A stretch of 64,000 bases of DNA from Sphingobacteriia bacterium (GCA_015999745.1 JAECQP010000009.1:14025-78024); one strand, 5' to 3'. Counted from the first letter of the stretch, positions 1 through 9,653 are shown. Notes: a model not told the origin generated them from the letters alone. Numbers and translations: made by a program.

Positions 1-343
1 CTATAAAACGCTGTACAAACAAGGGCAGCAGATAGGGCGCCAGGGTGGGAATAATTCCCACCCGGAGTTCTCCGGCCACCACATCCCGCTGCGCTTCAAT
101 GATCTCCTGTAGCCGGTCGTTTTCCGCAAGTATTTTTTTAATTTGTTTTAAAACAAGCGCTCCGATTTCTGTGGGTACTACGGGCTGTTTACTGCGGTCG
201 AACACTTTCACTCCCAGTAAGGCCTCCGCTTTCTGCAACTGCATGCTGAGTGTGGGCTGCGAAACATGGCAATGATCCGCTGCAACTGCAAAATGCCGAA
301 AGCGATCCACCGCCACCATGTATTCCATTTGCAATAAAGTCAT
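1..343 (-). CDS. oxyR: LysR-family transcriptional regulator, OxyR-like; N-terminal ~114 codons only (gene runs off the left edge)
   Basis: My own reverse-strand translation from ATG (343-341) gives MTLLQMEYMVAVDRFRHFAVAADHCHVSQPTLSMQLQKAEALLGVKVFDRSKQPVVPTEIG..., a typical LysR winged-HTH N-terminus. It is absent from the ORF track because it is truncated. It is divergent from a catalase gene. Confidence 0.7.
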   Translation of the reverse strand, partial: MTLLQMEYMVAVDRFRHFAVAADHCHVSQPTLSMQLQKAEALLGVKVFDRSKQPVVPTEIGALVLKQIKKILAENDRLQEIIEAQRDVVAGELRVGIIPTLAPYLLPLFVQRFI

Positions 344-346
344 GTT

Positions 347-361
347 ATAGATTTTATCTAT
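347..361. promoter_or_regulatory. ATAG-N7-CTAT dyad (LysR/OxyR-type T-N11-A box) in the oxyR-catalase divergent intergenic region
   Basis: The sequence ATAGattttatCTAT lies 4 nt from the oxyR start codon, in the position expected for a LysR autoregulatory/activation site. Confidence 0.45.
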
Positions 362-404
362 TATCTCATAAAATTAATAAATTATAATGATAAATCAATT
401 GAGG

Positions 405-412
405 TAATTTTG
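405..412 (+). promoter_or_regulatory. Bacteroidota-type -7 promoter box (TAnnTTTG) for the catalase gene
   Basis: TAATTTTG lies 24 nt upstream of the ATG at 436. Confidence 0.45.
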
Positions 413-435
413 ATGAAAAGATTAAAACAAACCAT

Positions 436-1941
436 ATGAGCGAACAAAAGAAACTGACAACCGCATCCGGAAGTCCGTATTATTACAATGAAGACACCCA
501 AAGTGTTGGGAGTCGCGGGCCGTTGTTATTGCAAGACTATATCCTGCACGAAAAAATGGCCGGCTTTAACCGGGAGCGGATTCCGGAGCGGGTGGTACAC
601 GCCAAAGGATCCGGTGCATTCGGAACTTTTACGCTGACAAATGATATTTCTAAATACACCAGGGCAAAACTGTTCAACGGAGTTGGCAGAAAAACCCGGG
701 TAATGCTTCGCTTTTCAACAGTGGGAGGAGAAAAAGGAAGTGCAGATTCGGAGAGAGACCCGCGCGGATTTACCGTGAAGTTTTATACTGAAGATGGTAA
801 TTGGGACCTGGTAGGGAACAATACGCCAATTTTCTTTATCAAGGATCCCAAGAAATTCGGCGACTTTATTCATACCCAAAAAAGAGATCCGCAAACCAAT
901 CTGAAAAGCCCGACCATGATGTGGGATTACTGGAGCCTGAACCCCGAGAGTCTGCACCAGGTGATGTTCCTGTTTACCAACCGTGGCACTCCCTATGGCT
1001 ATCGCCATATGAATGGGTACGGCAGCCATACGTTCAGTTTTATCAATGATCAGCATGAGCGATCCTGGGTGAAATTCCATTTTAAAACAGCGCAGGGTAT
1101 CAAGAACCTGACCGCTGCGGAAGCAGACCAGATGAGGGCTACCGATATGGATTATGCACAGCGCGATTTATTTGAAAATATTGAGCAGGGCAATTTTCCC
1201 CGCTGGAACCTGAAAGTGCAGATCATGACCGAAGCGGAAGCTAAAAATCACCGGTACAATCCGTTTGACCTCACCAAAGTGTGGAGCCACAAAGACTTCC
1301 CATTGATTGATGTAGGTGTGCTGGAACTGAATGAAAACGCCCGGAACTATTTTGCAGAAATAGAACAGGCCGCTTTTGCGCCGGCGCATGTGGTGGATGG
1401 AATCAGCTATTCGCCCGACAAAATGTTGCAGGGACGTTTGCTGAGTTACCCGGATGCGCAACGCTACAGGCTGGGAAGCAATTACGAACAGATTCCCGTG
1501 AACCGTTGTCCTTACGCAGTGAACAATTACCAGCGCGACGGGGCCATGCGCGTAGACGGAAACGGAGGCAGCCAGCCCAACTACTTCCCCAACAGTTTCG
1601 ACAACATCGTTGCAGATGAATCTTACCAACAACCTGCATGGGAATCGGACAGCGCTGTTACAGGCTGGTTCAACAGAAATGCAGAAGGGGAAAACGATCA
1701 TTTCTCTCAACCCGGTATTTTCTACCGCGAGGTATTGAATGCCGAAGAGAAAGCACACCTGGTTCAAAACCTTGTTGGCGGATTAAGCGGCGTTAACGGC
1801 CCTAAAAAAGAAGATATCCTGAACCGCCAGCTTTGTCATTTTTTCCGTGCGGATGTTGGCCTGGGAATAGCTGTAGCTAAGGGATTGGGTATTGATGTAG
1901 AAACCGCTATGCCTAAAATACACCCCGACACAAAGGCTTAA
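436..1941 (+). CDS. Monofunctional heme catalase (small-subunit type, 501 aa)
   Basis: The translation carries catalase hallmarks: RERIPERVVHAKGSGAFG, FSTVGGEKGSADSERDPRGF, NTPIFFIKD, and the proximal Tyr region RLLSYPDAQRYRLG. Confidence 0.95.
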   Translation: MSEQKKLTTASGSPYYYNEDTQSVGSRGPLLLQDYILHEKMAGFNRERIPERVVHAKGSGAFGTFTLTNDISKYTRAKLFNGVGRKTRVMLRFSTVGGEKGSADSERDPRGFTVKFYTEDGNWDLVGNNTPIFFIKDPKKFGDFIHTQKRDPQTNLKSPTMMWDYWSLNPESLHQVMFLFTNRGTPYGYRHMNGYGSHTFSFINDQHERSWVKFHFKTAQGIKNLTAAEADQMRATDMDYAQRDLFENIEQGNFPRWNLKVQIMTEAEAKNHRYNPFDLTKVWSHKDFPLIDVGVLELNENARNYFAEIEQAAFAPAHVVDGISYSPDKMLQGRLLSYPDAQRYRLGSNYEQIPVNRCPYAVNNYQRDGAMRVDGNGGSQPNYFPNSFDNIVADESYQQPAWESDSAVTGWFNRNAEGENDHFSQPGIFYREVLNAEEKAHLVQNLVGGLSGVNGPKKEDILNRQLCHFFRADVGLGIAVAKGLGIDVETAMPKIHPDTKA

Positions 1942-1980
1942 AATTTGGTTATTGCAGGAATATAAAGGAGGGCCGGTGCA

Positions 1981-2892
1981 CTACAGTTCTTTTAATACAC
2001 TGCGGTTTTTCGTAACCGTCAGTTGGTGCATCACCCCAACTTTCAATGCAACATTTTCCAATTCATGGCTTACCGGAAAATCGTAGCAAACCGGGTAATC
2101 GTATTCCGCCACATGCGATTGAATGATCTGCTGAACCGTTTGCCCAAAGGGGCGTGCTGTTTTATGGATATCAGAAAATTTTCCAACGATCAGTCCACCC
2201 AGATTGCTCAGCATGCCTGCCCGCTTCAGTTGAACCATCATGCGGTCGATATTGTAAATGTATTCGCCTATATCTTCCAGGAACAGGATTCTGTTCCTGG
2301 TTTTATAGGCCGACTTAGAGCCCACCAGGTGCGCAATCAGCGCCAGGTTACCGCCGATCAGTTTTCCTTCGCAGGTACCGGTACGGTTAGCAGCATGGGC
2401 TTTAGCCGTATAATTGCTTTTGATTCCCTTCAGGGCTTTTTGCAAAGACTGCACATATATTTTTTTTGCCCCGCCGTCGTTGAACGCATTGGCCATGGGT
2501 GCATGGAGCGATGCAGTTTTAATGCGCTGGTTCAGGTGTGCATGGAGCACCGTAATATCGCTGAACCCGATGACCCATTTGGGATGTTTTTTGAACCGGG
2601 AGAAATCCAGTTCATCAATGATCCGGCTCACGCCATAACCACCCCTGCCGCATAATATCGCTTTGATACTGTCATCATCCAGCATGGCCTGAAATTCATC
2701 CCTTCTTTCCCCATCCGTACCGCTGAAATAGGTTTTGGATTTGCTCCCGATGGTTTTTCCCACCATCACTTCGTAGCCCCAGCTTTGAAGGGTTTGAATA
2801 CAGGTTTGAACTTTGGCCGACTCCATATAACCTGCAGGGCAGGTCAGCCCGATGGTATCGCCTTTGCGGAGATAAGGAGGAATTTGAATCAT
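1981..2892 (-). CDS. LD-carboxypeptidase (peptidase S66, LdcA/MccF-like), cytoplasmic form
   Basis: 303 aa with the S66 layout: GDTIGLTCPAG N-terminus, nucleophile region VIGFSDITVLH, and C-terminal FLEDIGE...NIDRM and FPVSH motifs. Confidence 0.85.
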   Translation of the reverse strand: MIQIPPYLRKGDTIGLTCPAGYMESAKVQTCIQTLQSWGYEVMVGKTIGSKSKTYFSGTDGERRDEFQAMLDDDSIKAILCGRGGYGVSRIIDELDFSRFKKHPKWVIGFSDITVLHAHLNQRIKTASLHAPMANAFNDGGAKKIYVQSLQKALKGIKSNYTAKAHAANRTGTCEGKLIGGNLALIAHLVGSKSAYKTRNRILFLEDIGEYIYNIDRMMVQLKRAGMLSNLGGLIVGKFSDIHKTARPFGQTVQQIIQSHVAEYDYPVCYDFPVSHELENVALKVGVMHQLTVTKNRSVLKEL

Positions 2893-2900
2893 ACACTAAG

Positions 2901-3923
2901 CTAACTGATTTCCTGCAATGTTACCTGATCTGTATCCACCGTAAGGCGATGGAGTAGGCCGCATTTCAGGGCAAAATTATTTTTCTGGTGCCCTACCGGG
3001 AAATCGAAACAAACCGGGTAATCAAACCGGCTTGTTTGTTCTTTCACAATCGTATAAATATCTCTTCCGAAGGGTGCATCCGGGCTATCCGGTTTGATAT
3101 TGGTAAAGCCGCCAACGATCAGGCCCTTTAATTTGGTAAGCCGGCCGGATCTAAGCAGGTTCGAAAACATGCGGTCAATATTGTAAAGCGGTTCGCCCAC
3201 ATCTTCCACAAACAGAATTTTCCCGTCTGTGCTGATCGAAGAAACAGAACCACTCATGTTTTCCAGTATTTTCAGGTTCCCTCCTACCAGCTGCGCTTCT
3301 GCAATGCCCGTGCGGTTATGCGGAACAGGAAGTACCGGGTAAATCACCGGCACACCTTCTATCGCATTCTTAATGGAGAGAATACTATCCGTTTGAACCT
3401 GGTCGGCAGTAGCCCAGTCTTTGGGAAAACTGCCGCACATTTTGGAATGGATGGATGCCACCCTGCATACCTGGTGAAGATGGCTGTGAAAAACGGTAAT
3501 GTCACTGAACCCGATCACCCATTTGGGATGTCTTTTGAGAGTATCAAAATTGAGCCGGTCAATGATCCTTCCGGCGCCATATCCACCGGTAGCGCATAAA
3601 ATGGCTTTCACCGACGGATCATCGATCATGGCCTGAAAATCGGCGGCTCTTTCTTCATCTGTTCCACCGAAAGTGAAATCCCTTTTACCCACGGTATTCC
3701 CAATCTTTACAGTATAACCCCAGCTTTGTATCAGTTCTACGGCAGGTTGAATGGTTTCGGGTAGCGAGAATCCCGAAGGGCAGGCAATGCCGATGGTATC
3801 TCCGGGTTTCAGGTAAGCGGGCACTTTAATGTGCCGGACCCTGTTCGCCGCTTCCGGCGCAGCAAAACCAGACAAAGGAAGCATACCCAAACCCAGTAAT
3901 TGTAAAAAAGATTTTCGTTGCAT
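2901..3923 (-). CDS. LD-carboxypeptidase (peptidase S66) paralog with N-terminal signal peptide
   Basis: Carries the same S66 motifs (VIGFSDITVFH, FVEDVGE...NIDRM, FPVGH). I place the start at the internal ATG (3923-3921), giving MQRKSFLQLLGLGMLPLSGFAAPEAA. The longer track ORF (to 4028) would overlap the upstream RHH gene. Confidence 0.8.
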   Translation of the reverse strand: MQRKSFLQLLGLGMLPLSGFAAPEAANRVRHIKVPAYLKPGDTIGIACPSGFSLPETIQPAVELIQSWGYTVKIGNTVGKRDFTFGGTDEERAADFQAMIDDPSVKAILCATGGYGAGRIIDRLNFDTLKRHPKWVIGFSDITVFHSHLHQVCRVASIHSKMCGSFPKDWATADQVQTDSILSIKNAIEGVPVIYPVLPVPHNRTGIAEAQLVGGNLKILENMSGSVSSISTDGKILFVEDVGEPLYNIDRMFSNLLRSGRLTKLKGLIVGGFTNIKPDSPDAPFGRDIYTIVKEQTSRFDYPVCFDFPVGHQKNNFALKCGLLHRLTVDTDQVTLQEIS

Positions 3924-3945
3924 ATGCCCGTCAAGATAAGAAAAA

Positions 3946-4137
3946 TCAGGGTTGTTTTTTGGATTTTGGTTTGGGTGCTCCAGCGGACGCCTCTTTCTTT
4001 CTTCCGGCATCCCGCAGCGCTTTATCAATCAGCATTTCTATTTGCCCGTTCACACTTCTGAAATCATCAGCAGCCCATTTCTCCAGGGAAGCATAGGTTT
4101 GCTGATCTATTCTCAAAACAAATGATTTCTTACTCAA
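3946..4137 (-). CDS. Small Arc/ribbon-helix-helix-like DNA-binding protein (63 aa)
   Basis: MSKKSFVLRIDQQTYASLEKWAADDFRSVNGQIEMLIDKAL has a beta-strand then two-helix pattern typical of RHH proteins, followed by a basic tail. It sits between the SPFH and LdcA genes on the same strand. Confidence 0.55.
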   Translation of the reverse strand: MSKKSFVLRIDQQTYASLEKWAADDFRSVNGQIEMLIDKALRDAGRKKEASAGAPKPKSKKQP

Positions 4138-4158
4138 AGCTACAGATTGAATACAAAG

Positions 4159-5037
4159 TTATTGATAAAGCGTTCCGGTATTCACTACAGGGGATGCAGA
4201 TTTATCTCCGCAAAGAACCACCAACAGGTTACTGACCATTGCAGCTTTTTTTTCATCGTCCAGTTCTACAATCTGTTTCTTCGATAACATATCCAGCGCC
4301 ATTTCCACCATTCCAACAGCTCCTTCCACAATTTTACTGCGGGCAGCCACAATCGCCGTTGCCTGCTGGCGTTGCAGCATGGCGCCTGCTATTTCCGGCG
4401 AATAAGCCAGGTGACTGATCCTGGCTTCCTTGATCACAATACCGGCTTTGATCATCCGCTCGTTCAACTCCGATTCCAGTAATGCTATTACCTTATCGCC
4501 CCCATCCCGCAGGGTAATCGCAGCAGATTCGTCCTCAATGCTGTCGTAAGGGCAGGTAGAAGCCAGGTGCCGGATGGCAGCCTCGCTCTGGTTGGTCATG
4601 TAAGAAGAAAAATTAACCACATCAAAAGCCACTTTATAAGTGTCATTGATCTGCCAGAGAATAACCGCTGCAATCTCAATGGGATTACCCAGTTTATCAT
4701 TTACTTTTAAACGGGTACACTCCATGCTTTGCAAACGGAGGGAAATTTTTTGTTTGGTAAACAGCGGATTCACAAACTGCAGCCCGTTGTCTTTCACCGT
4801 ACCAACATATTTACCAAAGAAAGTAAGCACTACGCTGGTATTTGGCTGCACCACCACTAATCCGGGCAACAGGAAAAAACCTGCCAGGAAAGCGAGGACG
4901 CTTAACCAGAAATACGCCAGCTTTTCATTATCTGCGGTTGCGGCGGCACGGCTGGCAAAAAAACCTCCTGCAACCAGGAGCAGCAATACCAGTATGAGTA
5001 CGCTAAAACCGGAGGCCGCTTTTTTAACTTTTTCCAT
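4159..5037 (-). CDS. SPFH/band-7 (stomatin/prohibitin-like) membrane protein
   Basis: 292 aa with two N-terminal TM segments followed by an SPFH-like core ([17 protein letters not shown]..., ...[23 protein letters not shown]). Confidence 0.8.
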   Translation of the reverse strand: MEKVKKAASGFSVLILVLLLLVAGGFFASRAAATADNEKLAYFWLSVLAFLAGFFLLPGLVVVQPNTSVVLTFFGKYVGTVKDNGLQFVNPLFTKQKISLRLQSMECTRLKVNDKLGNPIEIAAVILWQINDTYKVAFDVVNFSSYMTNQSEAAIRHLASTCPYDSIEDESAAITLRDGGDKVIALLESELNERMIKAGIVIKEARISHLAYSPEIAGAMLQRQQATAIVAARSKIVEGAVGMVEMALDMLSKKQIVELDDEKKAAMVSNLLVVLCGDKSASPVVNTGTLYQ

Positions 5038-5050
5038 AATAATTATTAAT

Positions 5051-5092
5051 TTGATATTAATTTGATATCAAATATAAAAATTCTTTTGATAT
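5051..5092. promoter_or_regulatory. Three TTGATAT half-sites including a perfect 14-bp palindrome ATTTGATATCAAAT (5060-5073); candidate operator upstream of the SPFH-RHH operon
   Basis: Read directly from the sequence: TTGATAT at 5051-5057, 5062-5068 and 5086-5092, with the palindrome centred at 5066/5067. The sites start 14 nt upstream of the SPFH start codon. Confidence 0.4.
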
Positions 5093-5141
5093 CTGCAAAT
5101 TTCCTTTGAGGCGGGCAGTTTGCACCCTGCACTCCATTCCG

Positions 5142-5149
5142 TACCTTTG
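5142..5149 (+). promoter_or_regulatory. Bacteroidota-type -7 box TAccTTTG with upstream TTTG (5118-5121) for metG
   Basis: TACCTTTG lies 31 nt upstream of the ATG at 5180, with a TTTG about 20 nt further upstream. Confidence 0.45.
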
Positions 5150-5179
5150 CAGCCGGCTTAAAACCCGTTGAAAAAGACC

Positions 5180-7306
5180 ATGAAACAACCTAAGCGATAT
5201 TTGATTACGGCAGCCCTGCCATATGCCAATGGATTAAAGCATATCGGCCACCTGGCGGGAGCCTATTTACCGGCAGATATTTATGTAAGATACCTGAGAG
5301 CGCAGAAGCGGGATGTAGTATTTGTATGCGGCAGCGATGAACATGGAACAGCCATTCCCATTCAGGCTACCAAGGAAGGCACTACTGCACAAGCCATTAT
5401 TGATAAATACCATCCGATCATAGCACAAAATTTTAATGACCTGGGTATTTCCTTCGATATCTACCATCGTACCAGCGCTCCCCTGCACCATGAAACAGCG
5501 AGGGAGTTCTTTCAAACACTGAACAACAAAGGCGACCTGATTACCAAAGAATCCGAACAATATTATGATGAGCAGGCCGGAAGTTTTCTGGCCGACCGGT
5601 ATATCAAGGGCACCTGCCCCAACTGTTCCTACCCCGGCGCCTATGGCGATCAGTGTGAGAACTGCGGCAAGAGCCTGAGTCCCGATGAACTCATCAACCC
5701 GGTGAGTACATTAAGCGGCAATCCCCCCGTAAAGAAAATCACCAAACATTGGTACCTACCGCTCGACCGGCACGAAGCCTTCCTGAGAAAATGGATCCTG
5801 GAAGAACATGCGGAGGACTGGAGACCAACCGTAGTGGGTCAGTGCAAAAGCTGGATCGACGGAGGGTTATTACCAAGGGCTGTAACCCGCGACCTGGATT
5901 GGGGCGTTACCCTTCCGGACGATGTGGATGGTGGAAAAGGAAAAGTATTGTATGTGTGGTTTGATGCACCGATCGGGTATATCAGCGCCACCAAACAATG
6001 GGCCCTGGACAATGGCAAAGACTGGAAGCCTTACTGGGAAAACAAGGATACCAAACTGGTTCACTTCATTGGCAAGGACAATATCGTATTCCACTGCATC
6101 ATCTTCCCGGTCATGCTGCAACTACACGGTAATATTTTACCGGAGAATGTTCCGGCCAACGAGTTCATGAACCTGGAGGGCGATAAGATGAGTACCAGCA
6201 GAAACTGGAAGCTGGAGATGGAAGATTATATCAACGACTTTGTGAAGCCTGAAAACGGCGGTAGCCAGATGGCGGATGTACTGCGTTACTACCTCACCCT
6301 GATTGCACCGGAGAGCAAGGACAGCGAGTTTACCTGGAAGGGATTCCAGGATGCCAACAACAGCGAACTGGTAAGCATATTCGGCAACTTTGTCAACAGG
6401 GCATTGGTGCTGATGCACAAGCTTTGTAAAGGAAAGGTTCCTCCACTGCATACTGCGGCAATGAATGAACTGGACCAGGAAGCCATCGACAATATCAAAG
6501 CCACCAAAGAAAAGGTGGAGAAATTACTGGAAGAATACAAATTCAGGGATGCTTTGTTTGAGGTGATCAACCTGGCGCGGATCGGTAACCAGTACATGCA
6601 GAAAAAAGAACCCTGGATCATTGCCAAAACCCTCGACACCAACCCGGAAGGACAACAACTGATCGACAACTGTTTACACATCTGTTTGCAGCTTACCGCC
6701 AACCTGGCCATCCTGATCAACCCGTTCCTGCCATTCACCGCCGGGAAAATCTGTTACCTGTTAAAGGTAGTTGAGAAGATCCTGGATTGGGAAAATGCGG
6801 GCAGCATGAAACTGCTGAGTGTAGGATATACCCTGCGTGCCCCTGAATTATTGTTCCGAAAAATTGAAGACGAAGAAATAGCCAGGCAGGTGGAAAAATT
6901 AAAAGCCGCCGCCATTCATAAAGAACCTGTGGCCGCTCCTGCGGCGCCTGTTGCAACTCCGGAAGCCATTGCGGTAAAACCGGAGATTGTGTTCGATGAT
7001 TTTGCAAAGATTGATCTGAAGGTAGGCACCATTGTTGCTGCCGAAAAAGTAGAGAAGGCCGACAAGCTCCTGAAACTTCAGGTAGACCTGGGCTTTGAAA
7101 CCAGGACCATTGTATCGGGCATTGCCCTTCATTTTAAACCGGAAGAGATTGTGGGCAAACAGGTAACGGTGGTGGTAAACCTGGCCCCCCGAAAAATGCG
7201 TGGTATTGAAAGCAACGGAATGATCCTGATGGCTGAAGATGCAGCCGGTAAGCTGCACTTCATTCATCCTGAAACGGCCATCAACAACGGCAGCGGTGTA
7301 AGTTAA
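5180..7306 (+). CDS. metG: Methionine--tRNA ligase with C-terminal tRNA-binding (Trbp111/EMAP-like) domain
   Basis: Contains the HIGH motif (PYANGLKHIGHLAG), a Zn knuckle (CPNC...CENCG), KMSKS (KMSTSRNW) and C-terminal FAKIDLKVGTIVAAEKV. The track ORF begins at a TTG (5168); I prefer the ATG at 5180. Confidence 0.95.
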   Translation: MKQPKRYLITAALPYANGLKHIGHLAGAYLPADIYVRYLRAQKRDVVFVCGSDEHGTAIPIQATKEGTTAQAIIDKYHPIIAQNFNDLGISFDIYHRTSAPLHHETAREFFQTLNNKGDLITKESEQYYDEQAGSFLADRYIKGTCPNCSYPGAYGDQCENCGKSLSPDELINPVSTLSGNPPVKKITKHWYLPLDRHEAFLRKWILEEHAEDWRPTVVGQCKSWIDGGLLPRAVTRDLDWGVTLPDDVDGGKGKVLYVWFDAPIGYISATKQWALDNGKDWKPYWENKDTKLVHFIGKDNIVFHCIIFPVMLQLHGNILPENVPANEFMNLEGDKMSTSRNWKLEMEDYINDFVKPENGGSQMADVLRYYLTLIAPESKDSEFTWKGFQDANNSELVSIFGNFVNRALVLMHKLCKGKVPPLHTAAMNELDQEAIDNIKATKEKVEKLLEEYKFRDALFEVINLARIGNQYMQKKEPWIIAKTLDTNPEGQQLIDNCLHICLQLTANLAILINPFLPFTAGKICYLLKVVEKILDWENAGSMKLLSVGYTLRAPELLFRKIEDEEIARQVEKLKAAAIHKEPVAAPAAPVATPEAIAVKPEIVFDDFAKIDLKVGTIVAAEKVEKADKLLKLQVDLGFETRTIVSGIALHFKPEEIVGKQVTVVVNLAPRKMRGIESNGMILMAEDAAGKLHFIHPETAINNGSGVS

Positions 7307-7316
7307 CCCGCTCCGT

Positions 7317-7529
7317 TTAACCCGTTTTTTTAGGCCGGCTTCCGTAGTAAGCGATCAGCCAGGCTGCACTGAAAATATAAAACCGGAGCGCCTTGTGCCA
7401 GGTGATGGCCTCCTCGTCTGTAATCAGCAGGAAGCTTACCATCAGTAATAATACATAAACAACGAGGGTGAATACCCTGGCCCATTTACGTTCATAGAGC
7501 GGCGGTTTTTTGTTTTCGGAGTCTGTCAT
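7317..7529 (-). CDS. Small two-TM membrane protein, function unknown (70 aa)
   Basis: Has two hydrophobic segments (VFTLVVYVLLLMVSFLLI and FYIFSAAWLIAYY). It is co-directional with the neighbouring lipoprotein gene, 7 nt away. Confidence 0.4.
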   Translation of the reverse strand: MTDSENKKPPLYERKWARVFTLVVYVLLLMVSFLLITDEEAITWHKALRFYIFSAAWLIAYYGSRPKKTG

Positions 7530-7536
7530 ATTGCGT

Positions 7537-8394
7537 TTATTTTTTGTACTTATGGTAAAGGAACCATCCGGCTATACCCGGGAGTATCAGCGACCAAAGT
7601 TTGAGCGCCAGCAGGAAGAGCCATTCCACCAGCAACCAGCCATCTGCAATGGCATCGATCAGCTTGCGGCCAAAACCCGGTTCATATTTCCTTGTGTTTT
7701 TCTCGTTGGCAAATACAGTGCGCTTCAACAACGGCCTTTGTGTAAATTCTAACCGGATCTCACTATACTTCATGCGGTCGGTGAGCGACAGATTTTCCAC
7801 TTTTGCCCGATCGGCTTCTTCCTGCTGATCACCCAATGATGCTGAGGATCCCCGGGGCTGTTTTCTTGTGCCGGATGCCACTCTCCGGATAGTCATGTTA
7901 TTGCTCAGTACCTGAAACGACACATCATCGGACTGAACAATTTGATAATCCAGAAAGTCCGACAGCCGCATAATCTCTCTTAGCACACTATCGAAGCCCG
8001 TCGTTGGCACACGGAGCGTAATCTTATTGACAATAGTGTATTGGATGGTTTCCAGCGACGAGTCCCTGCTCAGCACGGCAATATCAGATTGATTGATCTG
8101 GTTGCTGAGATGGGTATATACAACAAAGCCGGATGCTTTCTGAACAATGCCCTCAATGGTTTCGGCAGCCCTGTTCACATCGTTGACCCTGAACTTCAGC
8201 TCTGCAGAGCGAATGAATTTCCTGTCGGAAGGTCTGCCGTCAGACAGCGCAGCAATCTGCGTTTGCACTGAATCGGCAATGGCTTCATTTTCAGGGGCGC
8301 CTGCGCCGGGTTCCTGTTCGGATTGTTTACCGCCCGCCTGTTTACAGGCTGCGAACATTAATATCATCGCAATAATTGCTATACACTGTTTCAT
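7537..8394 (-). CDS. Lipoprotein, DUF4349-like (N-terminal lipobox, C-terminal TM anchors)
   Basis: Lipobox MILMFAAC. The central part (RKFIRSAELKFRVNDVNRAAETIEGIV..., ITLRVPTTGFDSVLREI) and the C-terminal hydrophobic pair match my recollection of DUF4349 architecture. Confidence 0.55.
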   Translation of the reverse strand: MKQCIAIIAMILMFAACKQAGGKQSEQEPGAGAPENEAIADSVQTQIAALSDGRPSDRKFIRSAELKFRVNDVNRAAETIEGIVQKASGFVVYTHLSNQINQSDIAVLSRDSSLETIQYTIVNKITLRVPTTGFDSVLREIMRLSDFLDYQIVQSDDVSFQVLSNNMTIRRVASGTRKQPRGSSASLGDQQEEADRAKVENLSLTDRMKYSEIRLEFTQRPLLKRTVFANEKNTRKYEPGFGRKLIDAIADGWLLVEWLFLLALKLWSLILPGIAGWFLYHKYKK

Positions 8395-8404
8395 GGCCGG
8401 TATC

Positions 8405-9556
8405 TTAATATTGAATCAATATATTTCCTTTCTGATCAATGACGGCTGCTTTCCCATTGCGTTCAACCGTTGCAAAGCCGTTGTAGAAAAGCCCGGCCTT
8501 GTCGTATACCAGGTCTATCACCGTTTTACCCGAGGTATCGATATATCCCCACTTCCCATTCTTCTTCACTTTCGCCAGTCCATCCTGGAAAGAATAGGCA
8601 TCTTCGTATTGCAACGGAATCCTTTCCCTTCCGTTCAAATCAACATAGCCAAACAGGAGGGGCTGAATCCGGGCTGCAGGACTTGCCGGATGTTGCCTGT
8701 TGTACACCATGGCCAGCCCGTCGTGAGAACTGCTGCAGTCGTTGTACCGGCCATAGGGAACCACGATATTGCCGGCCGTATCGGCCAGCGCCATTTCACT
8801 GCCGCCTGTTTTATTCCACTTATTCAGCAGGATTAATCCGCCGGTATACAACAGTCCGTCGCAATCATATACATGCAGTATTTTCCCCATGGAATCGTAG
8901 ATGCCCCACTGTTCATTGATCTGCGCAAACATTTTTTGATCCGGTGTAAACGCATCAATCTGGTCAAAGCGTGCAGGCACCAATAAATTCCCGCTTCGGC
9001 CGGCAATACCGGTTTTGAAATCTTTCGTTACCAGAAAGCGATTGAATGAAAGCGGATAGATATTTTCATATTTCAACGGGAACACCAGGCGGAAAGCCGT
9101 ATCGAGCAGTCCCCTGTTTCCATGCTGATCGGTCACGAATGAATAACCATACTCATCAAAGGGGTCTATATACACCAAACCGTTTTCCCATGCATTGAAA
9201 ACGACCTGACCCTTTTTATTAATAAAGGAGCGATGTTCCTCTTCGTGCTTATGCGTTAGTACAGCATATCCCCGGCTGAAAGGGCTTAAAGCTGTTGCAT
9301 GTTTGAACTCCAGGATGAATTTCCCGGAACTGTCGATGGCGCCCACCGAAGTATCCGTTTCAAAACAGGCCAAGCCTTCCGAAAACTCATAGAGCATCCT
9401 GAACTGATACCGTTCCTCCAGCAGCAGCCTTTTGGCTTCGTAAGCATGCTCCAGGTCCTGTTCCCGCTGCTTTGCGTCAACAACCGTTTCCTCTTTGCAC
9501 GAAAAGCCGGCAACCATCAGTACACAAAACAGGTATATTTTAACAACAGCGTTCAT
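8405..9556 (-). CDS. WG-repeat (KWG) containing secreted protein
   Basis: Contains repeated units such as GKWGYIDTSGKTVIDLVYD, QWGIYDSMGKIL and NRGLLDTAFRLVFPLKYE, preceded by an N-terminal signal/lipobox (MVAGFSC). Confidence 0.7.
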   Translation of the reverse strand: MNAVVKIYLFCVLMVAGFSCKEETVVDAKQREQDLEHAYEAKRLLLEERYQFRMLYEFSEGLACFETDTSVGAIDSSGKFILEFKHATALSPFSRGYAVLTHKHEEEHRSFINKKGQVVFNAWENGLVYIDPFDEYGYSFVTDQHGNRGLLDTAFRLVFPLKYENIYPLSFNRFLVTKDFKTGIAGRSGNLLVPARFDQIDAFTPDQKMFAQINEQWGIYDSMGKILHVYDCDGLLYTGGLILLNKWNKTGGSEMALADTAGNIVVPYGRYNDCSSSHDGLAMVYNRQHPASPAARIQPLLFGYVDLNGRERIPLQYEDAYSFQDGLAKVKKNGKWGYIDTSGKTVIDLVYDKAGLFYNGFATVERNGKAAVIDQKGNILIQY

Positions 9557-9653
9557 ACAGATAAGTCTGAAACCGAAAATAGCGCGGCCTGTTTTTTTGT
9601 ATATACCGTTGAGCGGGTATATAAAAGCGCCGGGACCTGGATAGTTTTACGCA

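Noticed and set aside
3924-4028. 35-codon N-terminal extension of the secreted LD-carboxypeptidase (track ORF 2901-4028)
   Set aside because: The extension overlaps the 3' end of the RHH gene in another frame. It would also bury the obvious signal peptide, which begins at the internal Met (MQRKSFLQLLGLGML).
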